The notes: generated by a model from the sequence alone, not told the origin. A stretch of 64,000 nucleotides of DNA from Octopus sinensis (GCF_006345805.1 NC_043006.1:89590001-89654000); one strand, 5' to 3'; numbered from the stretch's first letter, positions 14,054 through 25,378 are shown. Program-made: numbers and translations.

Positions 14054-15376
14054 CATCATCATCATCATCATCATTTAATGTCCGTTTTCCATGCTAGCAT
14101 GGATTGGACGATTTTGACTGAGGGCTGGCAACCAGATGGCTGCACCAGGCTCCAGTCTTGATCTGGCAGAGTTTCTACAGCTGGATACCCTTCCTAATGC
14201 CAACCACTCCAAGAGTGTAGTGGGTGCTATTTACGTGCCACCTGCATGGGGGCCAGTGAGGCGGTACTGGCAATGATCTCGCTCAAATCTTTTTACACGT
14301 GCCCACCGGCACAGTTGCCAGTGAAGCGACGTTGGTAACGATCATGCTCGAATGGTGCCCTTTTAAGTGCCACGGGTACGGAAGCCAGTTGGCTGCTCTG
14401 GCAACGATCATGCTTGGATGGTGTTCTTGGCACCCTAGTAGCACAGGCATAAGTGCCAGTAAGGTGATGCTGGTAGCGATCATACTCGAAAAGCAGCGCT
14501 GTCAATGATCACACTCGTATGGTGCTCTTTGCACCCCGCTAGCATGGATGCCAGTCATCGAATTGATTTTGATTTGATTTCACTTGCCTCAACAGGTCTT
14601 CGCAAGCAAAGTTTAGTGACCAAAGAAGGAAAAGCTACGCATAAGCGGGCTGGTTATGCTCCTGGCATAGGCCACGGGTTATGGTTTCATCTGGCTTGCC
14701 GGGTCTTCTCAAGCACAGCATATTTCCAAAGGTCTCGGTCTCTAGTCATTTCCTTGGTGAGGCCTAATGTTCGAAGGTCATGCTTCACCACTTCATCCCA
14801 GGTCTTCCTGGGTCTACCTCTTCCACAGGTTCCCTCTATTGCTAGGGTGTGACACTTTTTCACACAGCTATCCTCATCCATTCTCGCCACATGACCTTAC
14901 CAGCACAGTCGTCTCTCTTGCACACTACATCTAATGCTTCTTAGGTCCAGCTTTTCTCTCAAGGTACTTACACTCTGTCAAGTATGCACACTGACATTAC
15001 ACATCCATTGGAGCATACTGGCTTCATTCCTTGGGAGCTTACGCATATCCTCAGCAGTCACAGCCCATGTTTCACTGCCATGTAGCATGGCTGTTCGTAC
15101 ACATGCATCATACAGTCTACCTTTTACTCTGAGCGAGAGGCCCTTTGTCACCAGCAGAGGTAAGAGCTCTCTGAACTTTGCCCAGGCTATTCTTATCCTA
15201 TCAGCTACACTTTCAGTGCACCCGCCTCCGCTACTGATTTGGTCACCTAGGTAACGGAAGCTATCAACTACTTCTAGTTTTTCTCCCTGGATTGTGGCAA
15301 AGTTGGTCTCTGCGCATTTTCAGTGTTTATCAATCCGAAGCATCTGCCACATACAAAAACTATCTTCCCAGTTAGC
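14054..15376 (-). mobile_element. 5'-truncated PHD-RTE copy
   Basis: High similarity to 23060-24350 (ARMDEDSCVKKCHTLAIEGTCGRGRPRKTW); (CAT)n tail. Confidence 0.93.
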
Positions 15377-15695
15377 ATATATAGATATATGTATACATAT
15401 TTCAGTGAAAGAGGGCAAAAAAATGCCAAGTCATAACAAACATCTCAAGTCACATACATTATTATCCTTAAATTATTTAAGAATCATAATATATAATGAC
15501 TTGAGATGCTTGTTATGCTTTGGTGTTTGTTGTCCTCTTTCACAAAAATATACATCTGCTGTATTGGAAACCTAAAATGGTTCCATAGTTTCTGTCTCGG
15601 TTACGAGCTTATAACCCTGATAATCTGTTGCAACACTTACCCAGCATACCTATTTGTTTAGATCACCAGTGAACTAAATCCCCATATTCTGTATG

Positions 15696-15727
<32 letters not shown>

Positions 15728-16959
15728 ATATATATAGATAGATAGATAGATAGATAGATAGATTTATATATATGTACACACACGCACATACACACAAACA
15801 CAAATGGATGGTTTCTCACAGCTTGCATCTAATAATGGCTGCAAAACAGTCAGTTGTATTCATTTAGACTTAAGTTGCAAATATGAATGGAAATACAAAA
15901 GTACAAAGATGAGTGTTTGTGTGACATAAGGCTGTCATAAAGACAAACATTTTAGATGCAGCATCGGCATCTGCAATCAAGACTCCAGCTACAAATACAG
16001 ACAAACATAAAGCCATTTCTCTTCTACCTGTATCATTGGCCATACAAAGTTTAAAGGTTCGCTGCAGTTTCAAAACTCTTCTAATTATATAAATCAGCAA
16101 AAAAGGCAGTTAAGCTGATGTTCACTGAACAGGGTGTTCCACATTGTATCCAGAATTTAGATGGAAATATAAAATATATTTCAAAAATGGAAAACAAATA
16201 TCCAGTAAAAGATTTGTTGTTCATTATGAATGCTTCAATGCATATGTGCACACATATGCTTTCTCTCTCTCTCTCACACACACATGTATATATACGTGTG
16301 TGTGTACATAAACATGATCTTCAGATGTTGAATCTCAAAGAGGTGAAGATAAAGGGCAGAAATGATTGGCAATTTGTTGTGCTGCCAGCCATTTAAATGA
16401 AGTGGAGGCCATCTAGGAAAACTGCGTGTGTCCATGCCCCTGCACACAGTCTGCCCCTGACAAATCTCTCCCCACACAACTCATCTTTCTAACATCTTCC
16501 CCCATCCATTCCCACCCAAGGTCATCACTCACAGGTATTCCTTTCCCCTCTACCTCCCACTCTTCCTTCACACCCTTGCAAACCTATTTGTCTCTCTCAA
16601 ATTTCTTCCCCCACAACATATCCTCCCAATAACCCCCACCCCCTCTATTTCTCTTCACTCAATACATACCCTCCCCTCCACCTCTCCTTTTCATTTCACA
16701 ATCTTGCAAACTTACCCACCCACACCACCCTATCCCCAATCTTTCCTTCCACTTCACTTATACACCCCACCCACCCAATCTCATTTTCACCATCTTCTCT
16801 CTCTCTCTCTCTCTACCTCCTTCCTCTTCTCTTTCTCTCTCCTCCAGAGGGAGCCATGGATCTTCTTTACTACCAAGACACCCATCTATGTCCCCATCTT
16901 CATACTCTAACATCTCATCACCTGGCACAAAGCTACCCCCACCATCAGTTCAGGGGGTC

Positions 16960-17175
16960 CTGTCCAGTAAGTTGGTGCTGACCTCACTGTTGCTGGTGCT
17001 AAGCAAGAAGCATGCCGCAGACCACATTCTGTAAATTGGTTGGCGTCAGGAGGAGCATCAAACTTTAAAAACCATGGAGAAGCAGACAGCAGAGCATGGC
17101 AGTCTTCTGACTTGCCTGCTCTTCTCAAAACAATACAACCCATGCCAGCATGGGAAATGGATATTAAATGATGAT
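16960..17175 (+). mobile_element. Short degenerate 3' end of the PHD-RTE family
   Basis: GGTTGGCGTCAGGAGG motif, CCATGCCAGCATGG hairpin, (GAT)n tail. Confidence 0.6.
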
Positions 17176-17201
17176 GATGATAATATGTGTGTATCTCTCT
17201 T

Positions 17202-17258
<57 letters not shown>

Positions 17259-17316
17259 GAAATTTTATATATATATATATATATTAGAAGGTTTGGAGAT
17301 GATGTAATGATATTTT

Positions 17317-17424
17317 ATATTAGAAGAAATGAGGTACTCAGAAATTCGGATGGTTTTATATTTACAAATATTTATTTGTATATTACATGCTTTTATACAT
17401 CATATAACTTAGATCATATATCAT
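17317..17424 (+). repeat. ~108-bp repeat, inverted copy of 18667-18777 (PLE pseudo-LTR-like)
   Basis: Direct comparison shows a near-identical reverse complement; both copies end at AGATCATATATCATA. Confidence 0.9.
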
Positions 17425-17425
17425 A

Positions 17426-17650
17426 AGGAGGATTACATAGGTGAAACTGGAAATTCTTTATGCCAATGAGCCAGGATTCACCGACAACATGTCTGACAGG
17501 AGGAACTGCACAAGATACCACCTAGATACATGTGGAAAAGGAAAATTTAAGATCTTTCCCTTCTACAAATGTCCAAAGAATGACACCTCCTTCAGGAGGA
17601 ATATGGAAAAATATTTCATAACTAAGTTCTCCCCCAAATTAAATGGCTGA
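17426..17650 (+). pseudogene. Penelope-like element GIY-YIG endonuclease C-terminal fragment with stops and a frameshift
   Basis: Translates as DYIGETGNSLCQ*ARIHRQH, then HLDTCGKGKFKIFPFYKC..RRNMEKYFITKFSPKLN*. Confidence 0.8.
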
Positions 17651-18460
17651 AAATAGCTCTATAATAAGCTGTACAAGATGAAGGACCAAATTTGTTAAGT
17701 AAACTGTATTAAACACACACACACACACACACACACACACTTCTACACATATGTTTTGGTTTTTGAAAATACAACATTGAACAAAGGATATTCTAATATT
17801 TGAATGAAACCAGTTTACTTTAATTTGTGGAACCAGTTGCTCCTGTATGATAAAACTTAATATTTATTTAGCTGTCAATCAGTGAGATATTAGACTAAAT
17901 CAATTGAAGATCAGACAACAGACTCAGTGGTTGTTAGTTTGTATTCTGTCATCTGTAACTTCAACACAAGAAAGTCTATTTTTCAAGTATGGACCTTATG
18001 AAATTTTGCTCATCATACATCGAAGGACAAATCTTTCAATTTATAATTTAACAAACATAGTGTAGCATTTAGTATATATAAATATATATATATATAGTGG
18101 TATAAATATCAACACAATTATTTCTTCTTCCTCATTTTCTTCTTTTTTTCCCTTCTCCAACGACACTCCTTCCAGACTCACAGCCCCCCCCCCTCACACA
18201 CACACACCTTCACAAAACAATAATAAAAAGAATTCCAGACAATTCTTCTTTGAAATGGCCAATTTCTAAAAACCAAAAACCATTTACAGTTGCAAAAAAA
18301 TAAAAACAAAAGTGGCACTGATTACTCTTAACAACTTGACCATTCCTTCTTAAACACACACTCTTTCACAAGACAATGATAAAAAATAAATATAATTTAT
18401 GGTCTTCTTTCCCTTCCCTTCCTTCCTTTCCTTCTTCTTTTCTAACACCCCTCCAGATAC

Positions 18461-18511
<51 letters not shown>

Positions 18512-18666
18512 CCTCTCTCACTTTCTCCCCATTCATCACCCTCTTGTACTATCTTATATCCCTCCACACCACTACACACTCAATAACACTATAAAATGGT
18601 CAAAACTTTTTCACAGGAACTTAGTTCGATTTGAAAACCCCACTACAATGGGAGAAAGTGTTAATA

Positions 18667-18820
18667 TATGATATATGATCTAAGTTATATGATGTATAAA
18701 AACATGTAATATACAAATAAATATCTGTAAATATAAAAACATCCGAATTTCTGAGTACATCATTTCTTCCAATATATATACTTTGATACTTTGATAGGTT
18801 TCGGCCATTATTGGCCCAGG
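18667..18820 (-). repeat. Inverted pseudo-LTR-like copy with a half-hammerhead (GGCCA-ATAA-TGGCC-GAAAC)
   Basis: Reverse complement of 17317-17424, extended by a stem II + GAAAC motif. Confidence 0.7.
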
Positions 18821-18849
18821 CCATGTCTAATGTATATATATATATATAG

Positions 18850-19081
18850 TGACGCATATTTGCCATTTCAATATGGCTACCCCTAAGGGTGGATGCTACT
18901 GTAGTTTTTAGCCTCAGGAGGACACACTCCTCCAGCTGGCCATAGACACACTTTCTGTGCCCTGTCAGTATTTGCAAAGGGAAGTCATCCTTCCCGTCTT
19001 CAACTTATGATACACACGGACTCGAGTTTCGAGGTATTGACCTCACGTCAGCGTGTGACAATCATAGTTGTCGGCGAATTT
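18850..19081. repeat. Unclassified GC-richer segment, probably a repeat body, next to the Tx1 3' end
   Basis: Composition differs from the flanks; no second copy in the window. Confidence 0.3.
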
Positions 19082-21050
19082 CTTTATTACGATTATAAAA
19101 TCATTACATAGAAGGACAATACAGGACATACATACAAAAAACAGTTAAGTGGTTCGATTAAAAATTTTCCATAACATTTGGATTATTCATTATACAAAAT
19201 TTGTATTTAAATTGTCCTTTGCATGACCAATAGAACATTACAACATTACATTAACTTGTGATCTTACCGATATTTTAAACCCCGGCAACCTATAAGGCCC
19301 CGCAGCTTTTCTTTCCTCTCCTCCATCCATAGTTAAGCTGGGTTTCTGACACCCACCTTTTTTGCCACTTCCTTCCATCTTTTTTCATACACACCACGTG
19401 GTAAGATCTTCTTTTCCAGCCCCATTTTGCTCTTCAGATGATATCTGAAGTAAGTGAGCAAGCCGGGGCCTGAGACAAAGGATCCTATTGCGACTCCTTC
19501 CATTCTTGTACGCCACATGCATTCTTTTACTACTGCAACCGTGCAGTGAAAACATGCCTCACCTTCATTCGAGAGTCCAGTTGGCGGTATCATCTTAATC
19601 ATAGACTCAGCCGACAGCTGTACTCGTCCCAGATGCGATAACACGTGTTCTGCGTAACTTATCAAGTCTGACAACTTCCGACAGTGTACAAAAGCGTGCT
19701 GGATGGTTTCATCATCCAACCCGCATCTTGGACACGTCGGTGGTACAGAAATTCCGTGCCGCGATAACTTCTCGCGAACAGGTAAAGCATTCCTATAACA
19801 CTGCCAGGCCAGGGATCTTTGGAAATTATCCAAATACCCCGTCCTGAAAGTCTTTTTAAACAGGTTGGTAAGCTGGTCTTCGTCAAACCCCAGAGCCCCT
19901 CCTAGGACGTCGTCGTTCTTTGCCTCTACCAGCCTGCTATAAAATACCGAGGTGGTATTTCCGCAGCCGGCCTTGCCCGCCTTGTGGATCAGCGTGAGTG
20001 CCTGTCAGCACTCCTTTTGCCATAAAGTCAGATTCCGTCTTTTGATGCGACCGGGTTTAAAATTCACTAAGGAAGCCGGTCTCGGGAAAAATTCCCCTGC
20101 CAGCGGACTCCACACCTTATCACCCTCCAGGTGGTGCCAGAGATGCTTCAGCCTCAACGCATGCCTGCGCATCATCAACCAAGGCATTCCTAACCCACCC
20201 TTTAACGGTTCCTGGCAGCAAACGGAGCGCCTCACAAGTGGCTTTCCTCCCTTCCACAAAAAGCGGAAAAGGATTCGCTCCAACTTGCTAAGCAATGAAT
20301 CGGGGCAAGGGACAACAGTCAGGCGGTAAGTGATTACAGATGCAATGAACATCTGTACCACCTCCGCCCTTCCTTTCAAGGACAGAAACCTTCCGGACCA
20401 GGTCCGTACTATGGCCTCCACCTTGCCCATCACCTCACACCAATTCCTCTCCGTTTGGGAGTCTAACCCAAACCAAACTCCTAGCAACTTAACAGGACCA
20501 TCCGTCCAGTGTCCCACGACACTGGACGATATCGACTTGCTCCTCCAGGTGCCGAGCGCAAGCCAACCGACTTGTCCTTGTTAACCCTTGCTCCTGCCAC
20601 CGCCTCGTATCCTCTGATAGCCTCTTCTACACAAGGTAGCTGGGCCTCATTGGACACGATGAGGGTGACGTCATCCGCATAAGCAGTAACCGTCCTCCCA
20701 CCTCCGATCTCATCCGGGTTACTTCCCAGCCTCTCCAACTTTCGCAGCAATGGCTCGAGAGCCAACACGTACAAAAGTGGTGACAAGGGGCACCCTTGAC
20801 GAACTGAACATTCGATCGAAAACGGTTCCGTTAGGTAACCGTTTATCTGGACAGTGGACTTGATGCCGCTATACATAGCGGAGATCCACCCGCGAAATTC
20901 AGGGCCCAGTCCAGCCGCTTCGAGGACCGTCGCCAGGTACTTATGGTCTACCCTATCGAACGCTTTACTTTGGTCTAAATCGACCATTACCCCGCCCTTG
21001 CCGGTTAATTTACCCACCCTATCTAAGGTGTAGCGTATAAGGTGAAGATT
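19082..21050 (-). mobile_element. Tx1-like (L1 clade) LINE fragment: RT, downstream region, zinc-knuckle C-terminus and 3' UTR
   Basis: LDQSKAFDRVDH, SVRQGCPLSPLLY, AYADD, LSLKGRA, EPLKGGLG, CPRCGLDDETIQHAFVHC; AATAAA near the 3' end; the 5' side is cut by the inverted duplication. Confidence 0.92.
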
Positions 21051-21148
21051 CAGGTTTTAAAAAAATAATACTGCTGTCAATTTGTTCAACAAAAAAATTC
21101 AAGGTGGCGCCCAGCATGACCACAGTCTAAAGATTGAAACAAGTGAAA

Positions 21149-21191
<43 letters not shown>

Positions 21192-21398
21192 TCACGTGAC
21201 CGACCAGACCATCAGATGTAGTTACACATCGCTGGTCACAATGCGTTCGCATTGTTTTAGCCTTCGAATGACGCCACCCCGCTGGCTAAACGAGCAGGCC
21301 GACAGAAGAAAGAGTGGTGAAAGAGTACAGCTGGGATCACCACCCCCTGCCGGAGCCTCGTGGAGCTTTTTAGGTGTTTTCGGTCAATAAACACTCAC

Positions 21399-21399
<1 letters not shown>
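21050..21399 (-). repeat. Left arm of a near-perfect inverted duplication (partner 21510-21843)
   Basis: Matches the partner apart from one substitution I could see and a (TA)n length difference (~39 vs ~23 nt). Confidence 0.95.
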
Positions 21400-21432
<33 letters not shown>

Positions 21433-21433
<1 letters not shown>

Positions 21434-21719
21434 GAGGTGCAATGGCCTAGTGGTTAGGGCAGCGGACTCGCGGTCACAGGATCGCGGTTTCGATTCCCAG
21501 ACCGGGCGTTGTGAGTGTTTATTGACCGAAAACACCTAAAAAGCTCCACGAGGCTCCGGCAGGGGGTGGTGATCCCAGCTGTACTCTTTCACCACTCTTT
21601 CTTCTGTCGGCCTGCTCGCTTAGCCAGCGGGGTGGCGTCATTCGAAGGCTAAAACAATGCGAACGCATTGTGACCAGCGATGTGTAACTACATCTGATGG
21701 TCTGGTCGGTCACGTGATC
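21433..21719 (+). mobile_element. tRNA-derived SINE, family B, young full copy
   Basis: A-box TGGCCTAGTGG, B-box-like GTTTCGATTCC; CpGs retained. Confidence 0.92.
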
Positions 21720-21742
21720 TATATATATATATATATATATAT

Positions 21743-21935
21743 TCTTTCACTTGTTTCAATCTTTAGACTGTGGTCATGCTGGGCGCCACCTTGAATTTTT
21801 TTGTTGAACAAATTGACAGCAGTATTATTTTTTTAAAACCTGATTCTCATTCTATCAATCTCTTTTGCTGAACCCTTAAGTTATGGGGACATAACAAACC
21901 ATCACCAGTTCCCAAGTGGTGTGGAACAAATACAA
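21743..21935 (-). mobile_element. 3' half of a family A SINE
   Basis: Reverse complement matches the 7490-7687 body. Confidence 0.7.
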
Positions 21936-22005
21936 AGACACACACAAACACATACACACATACAGGGTATCACAAAAGTCACTGAGGGGTTTCAATTTTT
22001 AATAA

Positions 22006-24350
22006 TGCCACTATGAAAGTTTGCTGAATAAAGAAAATGAATGGGATAAAGAGAGTCTGCCGAATGTTGACCCAACAGAGGGACCAGCTATCCGAGTTGA
22101 TAGTTCCGTGGTAGCTAAGGCAATTAGAAGCATGAAGACAGGAAAAGCCCCAGGCCCATCAGGAATCACTGCAGAGATGCTCAAAATGTCTGGTAGTGTC
22201 GGCTATAGCCTAGTCACCCATATAGTTAATCAGGTGATACACAAAGGAGTCATACCCAATGACTGGTGTAGCAACATAATAGTCAACTGCTACAAAGGTA
22301 AAGGTGACGCCCTAGATACAAATAACTACAGAGGTATCAAGCTGTTGGATCAGGTGATGAAGGTTGCGGAGAGGGTCATAGCCCAACTAATTAGAGAGAG
22401 AGTTAGTTTAGATGAGATGCAGTTTGGGTTTGTGCCAGGGAAAAGTACTACTGATGCTATATTCCTGGTAAGGCAGCTGCAGGAGAAATACCTAGCCAAA
22501 GATAAGCCCCTGTACCTGGCTTTTGTTGACATGGAGAAAGCCTTCGACAGGGTCCCCCGATCCCTTATCTGGTGGTCAATGAGGAAACTAGGGATAGATG
22601 AATGGTTAGTGAGAGCTGTGCGGGCCATGTATAGGGACGCTGCTAGTAGGGTGAGGGTTGGAAACGAGTACAGTGAAGAATTCCGGGTAGAGGTAGGGGT
22701 CCACCAAGGCTCAGTACTCAGCCCCCTCCTATTTATCATAGTCCTCCAGGCAATAACGGAGGAATTCAAGACAGGATGCCCTTGGGAGCTCCTCTATGCT
22801 GATGACCTTGCTCTAATTGCTGAGTCGCTATCAGAACTGGAGGAGAAGTTTCAGGTGTGGAAACAAGGATTAGAATCGAAGGGCCTCAGAGTCAATTTAG
22901 CTAAAACCAAAGTCGTAATCAGTAGGAAGGTAGACAAATCACAAACGCCTTCAGGTAGATGGCCCTGCTCGATCTGTAGAAAAGGTGTAGGTAGAAACTC
23001 TATAAGATGCACCAAGTGTAAGCTATGGACACATAAGAGGTGCAGCAATGTCAAAGGAAGGCTAACTAGGAAGATGGTTTTTGTATGTGGCAGATGCTCA
23101 GGAACAATAAACACTGAAAATGCTCTGAGACCAACTTCCGTCACTTTCCAGGGAGAAAAACTAGAAATAGTTGATAGTTTCCGTTACCTAGGTGACCAAG
23201 TCAGCAGCGGGGGCGGGTGTGCTGAAAGTGTAACTGCTAGAGTAAGAATAGCATGGGCAAAGTTCAGAGAGCTCTTACCTCTGCTGGTGACAAAAGGCCT
23301 CTCGCACAGAGTGAAAGGCAGACTGTATGATGCGTGTGTACGAACAGCCATGCTACATGGCAGTGAAACATGGGCCGTGACTGCTGAGGATATGCGTAAG
23401 CTCGCAAGAAATGAAGCCAGTATGCTCCGATGGATGTGTAATGTCAGTGTTCATAATCGACAGAGTGTAAGTACCTTGAGAGAAAAGCTAGACCTAAGAA
23501 GCATCAGTTGTGGTGTGCAAGAGAGACGATTGCGCTGGTATGGTCATGTGGCGAGAATGGATGAAGATAGTTGTGTGAAAAAGTGCCACACCCTAGCGGT
23601 TGAGGGAACCTGTGGAAGAGGCAGACCCAGGAAAACCTGGGACGAGGTGGTGAAGCACGACCTTCGAATTTTAGGTCTCACTGAGGAAATGACTAGAGAC
23701 CGAGTCCTCTGGAAGTGTGCTGTGCGCGAGAAGACCCGGCAGGACAAGTGAGTCCATAACCCGTGGCCTTCTACTTGGGATGGAGCCAGCCTACGTATGC
23801 ATACCTTCCCTTCTTGGGACACAAAACTCTACTTGTGAAGACCTGTTGAGGCAAGTGAGGATCAGAATCGAAATCGATCAATGGAAATTGCAGATGTGTT
23901 ACCAGTGCCGGTGGCATGTCGATACTCTACTTGTGAAGACCCGTTGAGGCAAGTGAGGATCAGAATGGAAATCGATCAATGGAAATTGCAGATGTGTTAC
24001 CAGTGCCGGTGGCATGTAAGAGAACCTTCCGTTTCGCGACCGTTGCCAGCACCGCCCCGTTTTGTGTCCGTTGCCAGCCTCGCCTGGCCCTTGTGCCGGT
24101 GGCACATAAAAAGCACCATCCGTTCGTGGCCGTTTGCCAGCTCTGTCTGGCACCTGTGCGGGTGGCACGTAAAAAGCACCCACTACACTCACGGAGTGGT
24201 TGGCGTTAGGAAGGGCATCCAGCCGTAGAAACACTGCCAGATTTGACTGGGCCTGATGAAGCCTTCTGGATTCACAGACCCCAGTAGAACCGTCCAACCC
24301 ATGCAAGCATGGAAAACGGACGCTAAACGACGATGATGATGATGATGATG
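22006..24350 (+). mobile_element. Young 5'-truncated RTE LINE (PHD-RTE family) inserted in the mariner-derived element
   Basis: AATAA duplicated at 22001-22005 and 24351-24355; uninterrupted RT frame; (GAT)n tail. Confidence 0.95.
22021..23751 (+). CDS. Reverse transcriptase frame (576 aa, lacks the 5' part) with an internal Cys4-His-Cys3 finger
   Basis: KAPGPSGI, NYRGIKLL, MQFGFVPGKSTTDAIF, FVDMEKAFD, VHQGSVLSP, LYADD, FRYLG, RLRWYGHV. The TTG start is not a true start. Confidence 0.9.
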   Translation: MLNKENEWDKESLPNVDPTEGPAIRVDSSVVAKAIRSMKTGKAPGPSGITAEMLKMSGSVGYSLVTHIVNQVIHKGVIPNDWCSNIIVNCYKGKGDALDTNNYRGIKLLDQVMKVAERVIAQLIRERVSLDEMQFGFVPGKSTTDAIFLVRQLQEKYLAKDKPLYLAFVDMEKAFDRVPRSLIWWSMRKLGIDEWLVRAVRAMYRDAASRVRVGNEYSEEFRVEVGVHQGSVLSPLLFIIVLQAITEEFKTGCPWELLYADDLALIAESLSELEEKFQVWKQGLESKGLRVNLAKTKVVISRKVDKSQTPSGRWPCSICRKGVGRNSIRCTKCKLWTHKRCSNVKGRLTRKMVFVCGRCSGTINTENALRPTSVTFQGEKLEIVDSFRYLGDQVSSGGGCAESVTARVRIAWAKFRELLPLLVTKGLSHRVKGRLYDACVRTAMLHGSETWAVTAEDMRKLARNEASMLRWMCNVSVHNRQSVSTLREKLDLRSISCGVQERRLRWYGHVARMDEDSCVKKCHTLAVEGTCGRGRPRKTWDEVVKHDLRILGLTEEMTRDRVLWKCAVREKTRQDK

Positions 24351-25221
24351 AATAACTTTGTTAACTTTGCAAATAAATGCATGCAATTTTGGTACAATAT
24401 AAAGGACATAATGGAAATTAATATGCACAAGTCAAATTTTGCAACACCACTACATAATATATAAAAAATGACATCACTTAAATGGCAACCATTTTTGGCT
24501 TCACACGCCCATGCTCCTTCCAAAACTTGCACCATAACACCATCAAAAGTTTCAGACCCCACTTCTCTGATTTCTCTATTGATGTTCTCCTTCAGTTGCA
24601 CCAGGGTCTCTGGTTTGTTAATGTAATACTCTTTCAGGTATTCCCACAAGAAAAAATAAGGGCTAGTCAAATCTGGGGAATGTGAAGGCCATTCAAAGTA
24701 GACCTCACACATGGTTCCAGTAAGATGAGGCAACTGCTCATACTGCAAGAGAAACAATGCAGTTGCTATGGCAGTGTCTTGGAGAGAGAATAATTTCCCA
24801 CTACAGCAATGTCAACTGGCCTTCATGTTCCCCAGACTTGACTAGCCCAGATTTTTTCTTGTGGGAATACCTGAAAGAGACGGCTTACATTAACAATCCA
24901 GAGACCCTGGTGCAACTGAAGGAGAACATCAATAGAGAGATTAGAGAAGTGGGGTCTGAAACTCTTGATGGTGTTATGGTGCAAGTTTTGGAAGGAGCAT
25001 GGGCGTGTGAAGCCAAAAATGGTTGCCATTTAAGTGATGTCATTTTTTATATATTATGTAGTGGTGTTGCAAAATTTGACTTGTGCATATTAATTTCCAT
25101 TATGTCCTTTATATTGTACCAAAATTGCATGCATTTTTTTTTAAAGTTAAGAAAGTTTTTAAAAATTGAAACCCATCAGTGACTTTTGGGACACCCCGTA
25201 TATATATATATATGTATATAC

Positions 25222-25378
25222 AATGGGCATTTTTCAGTTTCTTCTACCAAATCCACTCACAGGACTTCAGTTGGCTTAACACTTTAAATGACACTTGTCC
25301 AAGATGTCAGGCAGTGAGGCTGAACCCAGAACCGTATGGTTGGGAAGCAAGCTTCTTGCCACACAGCCACGCCTGCAC
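25222..25378 (-). mobile_element. Family A SINE head, degenerate
   Basis: Reverse complement matches 7266-7420. Confidence 0.75.

Larger units (their letters stand above)
21963..25198. mobile_element. Palindromic non-autonomous Tc1/mariner (rosa/DD41D-like) element, ~0.89 kb without the nested LINE
   Basis: TA|CAGGGTATCACAAAAGTCACTGA...TCAGTGACTTTTGGGACACCCCG|TA; both arms carry the transposase C-terminus (GERIISHYSNVNWPSCSPDLTSPDFFLWEYLK). Confidence 0.9.

Noticed and set aside
15870-16396. Hydrophobic 76-aa ORF and neighbouring short ORFs as a host gene
   Set aside because: No recognisable domain, weak splice signals, and plausible frames on both strands.
21433-21510. tRNA genes at SINE heads (also 7266, 33553, 36092)
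   Set aside because: No complete cloverleaf or acceptor stem, and each continues into a repeated SINE body.
22350-23144. Antisense ORFs overlapping RT genes (also 41041, 44061, 48811, 49850)
   Set aside because: Shadow frames of the LINE coding strand.
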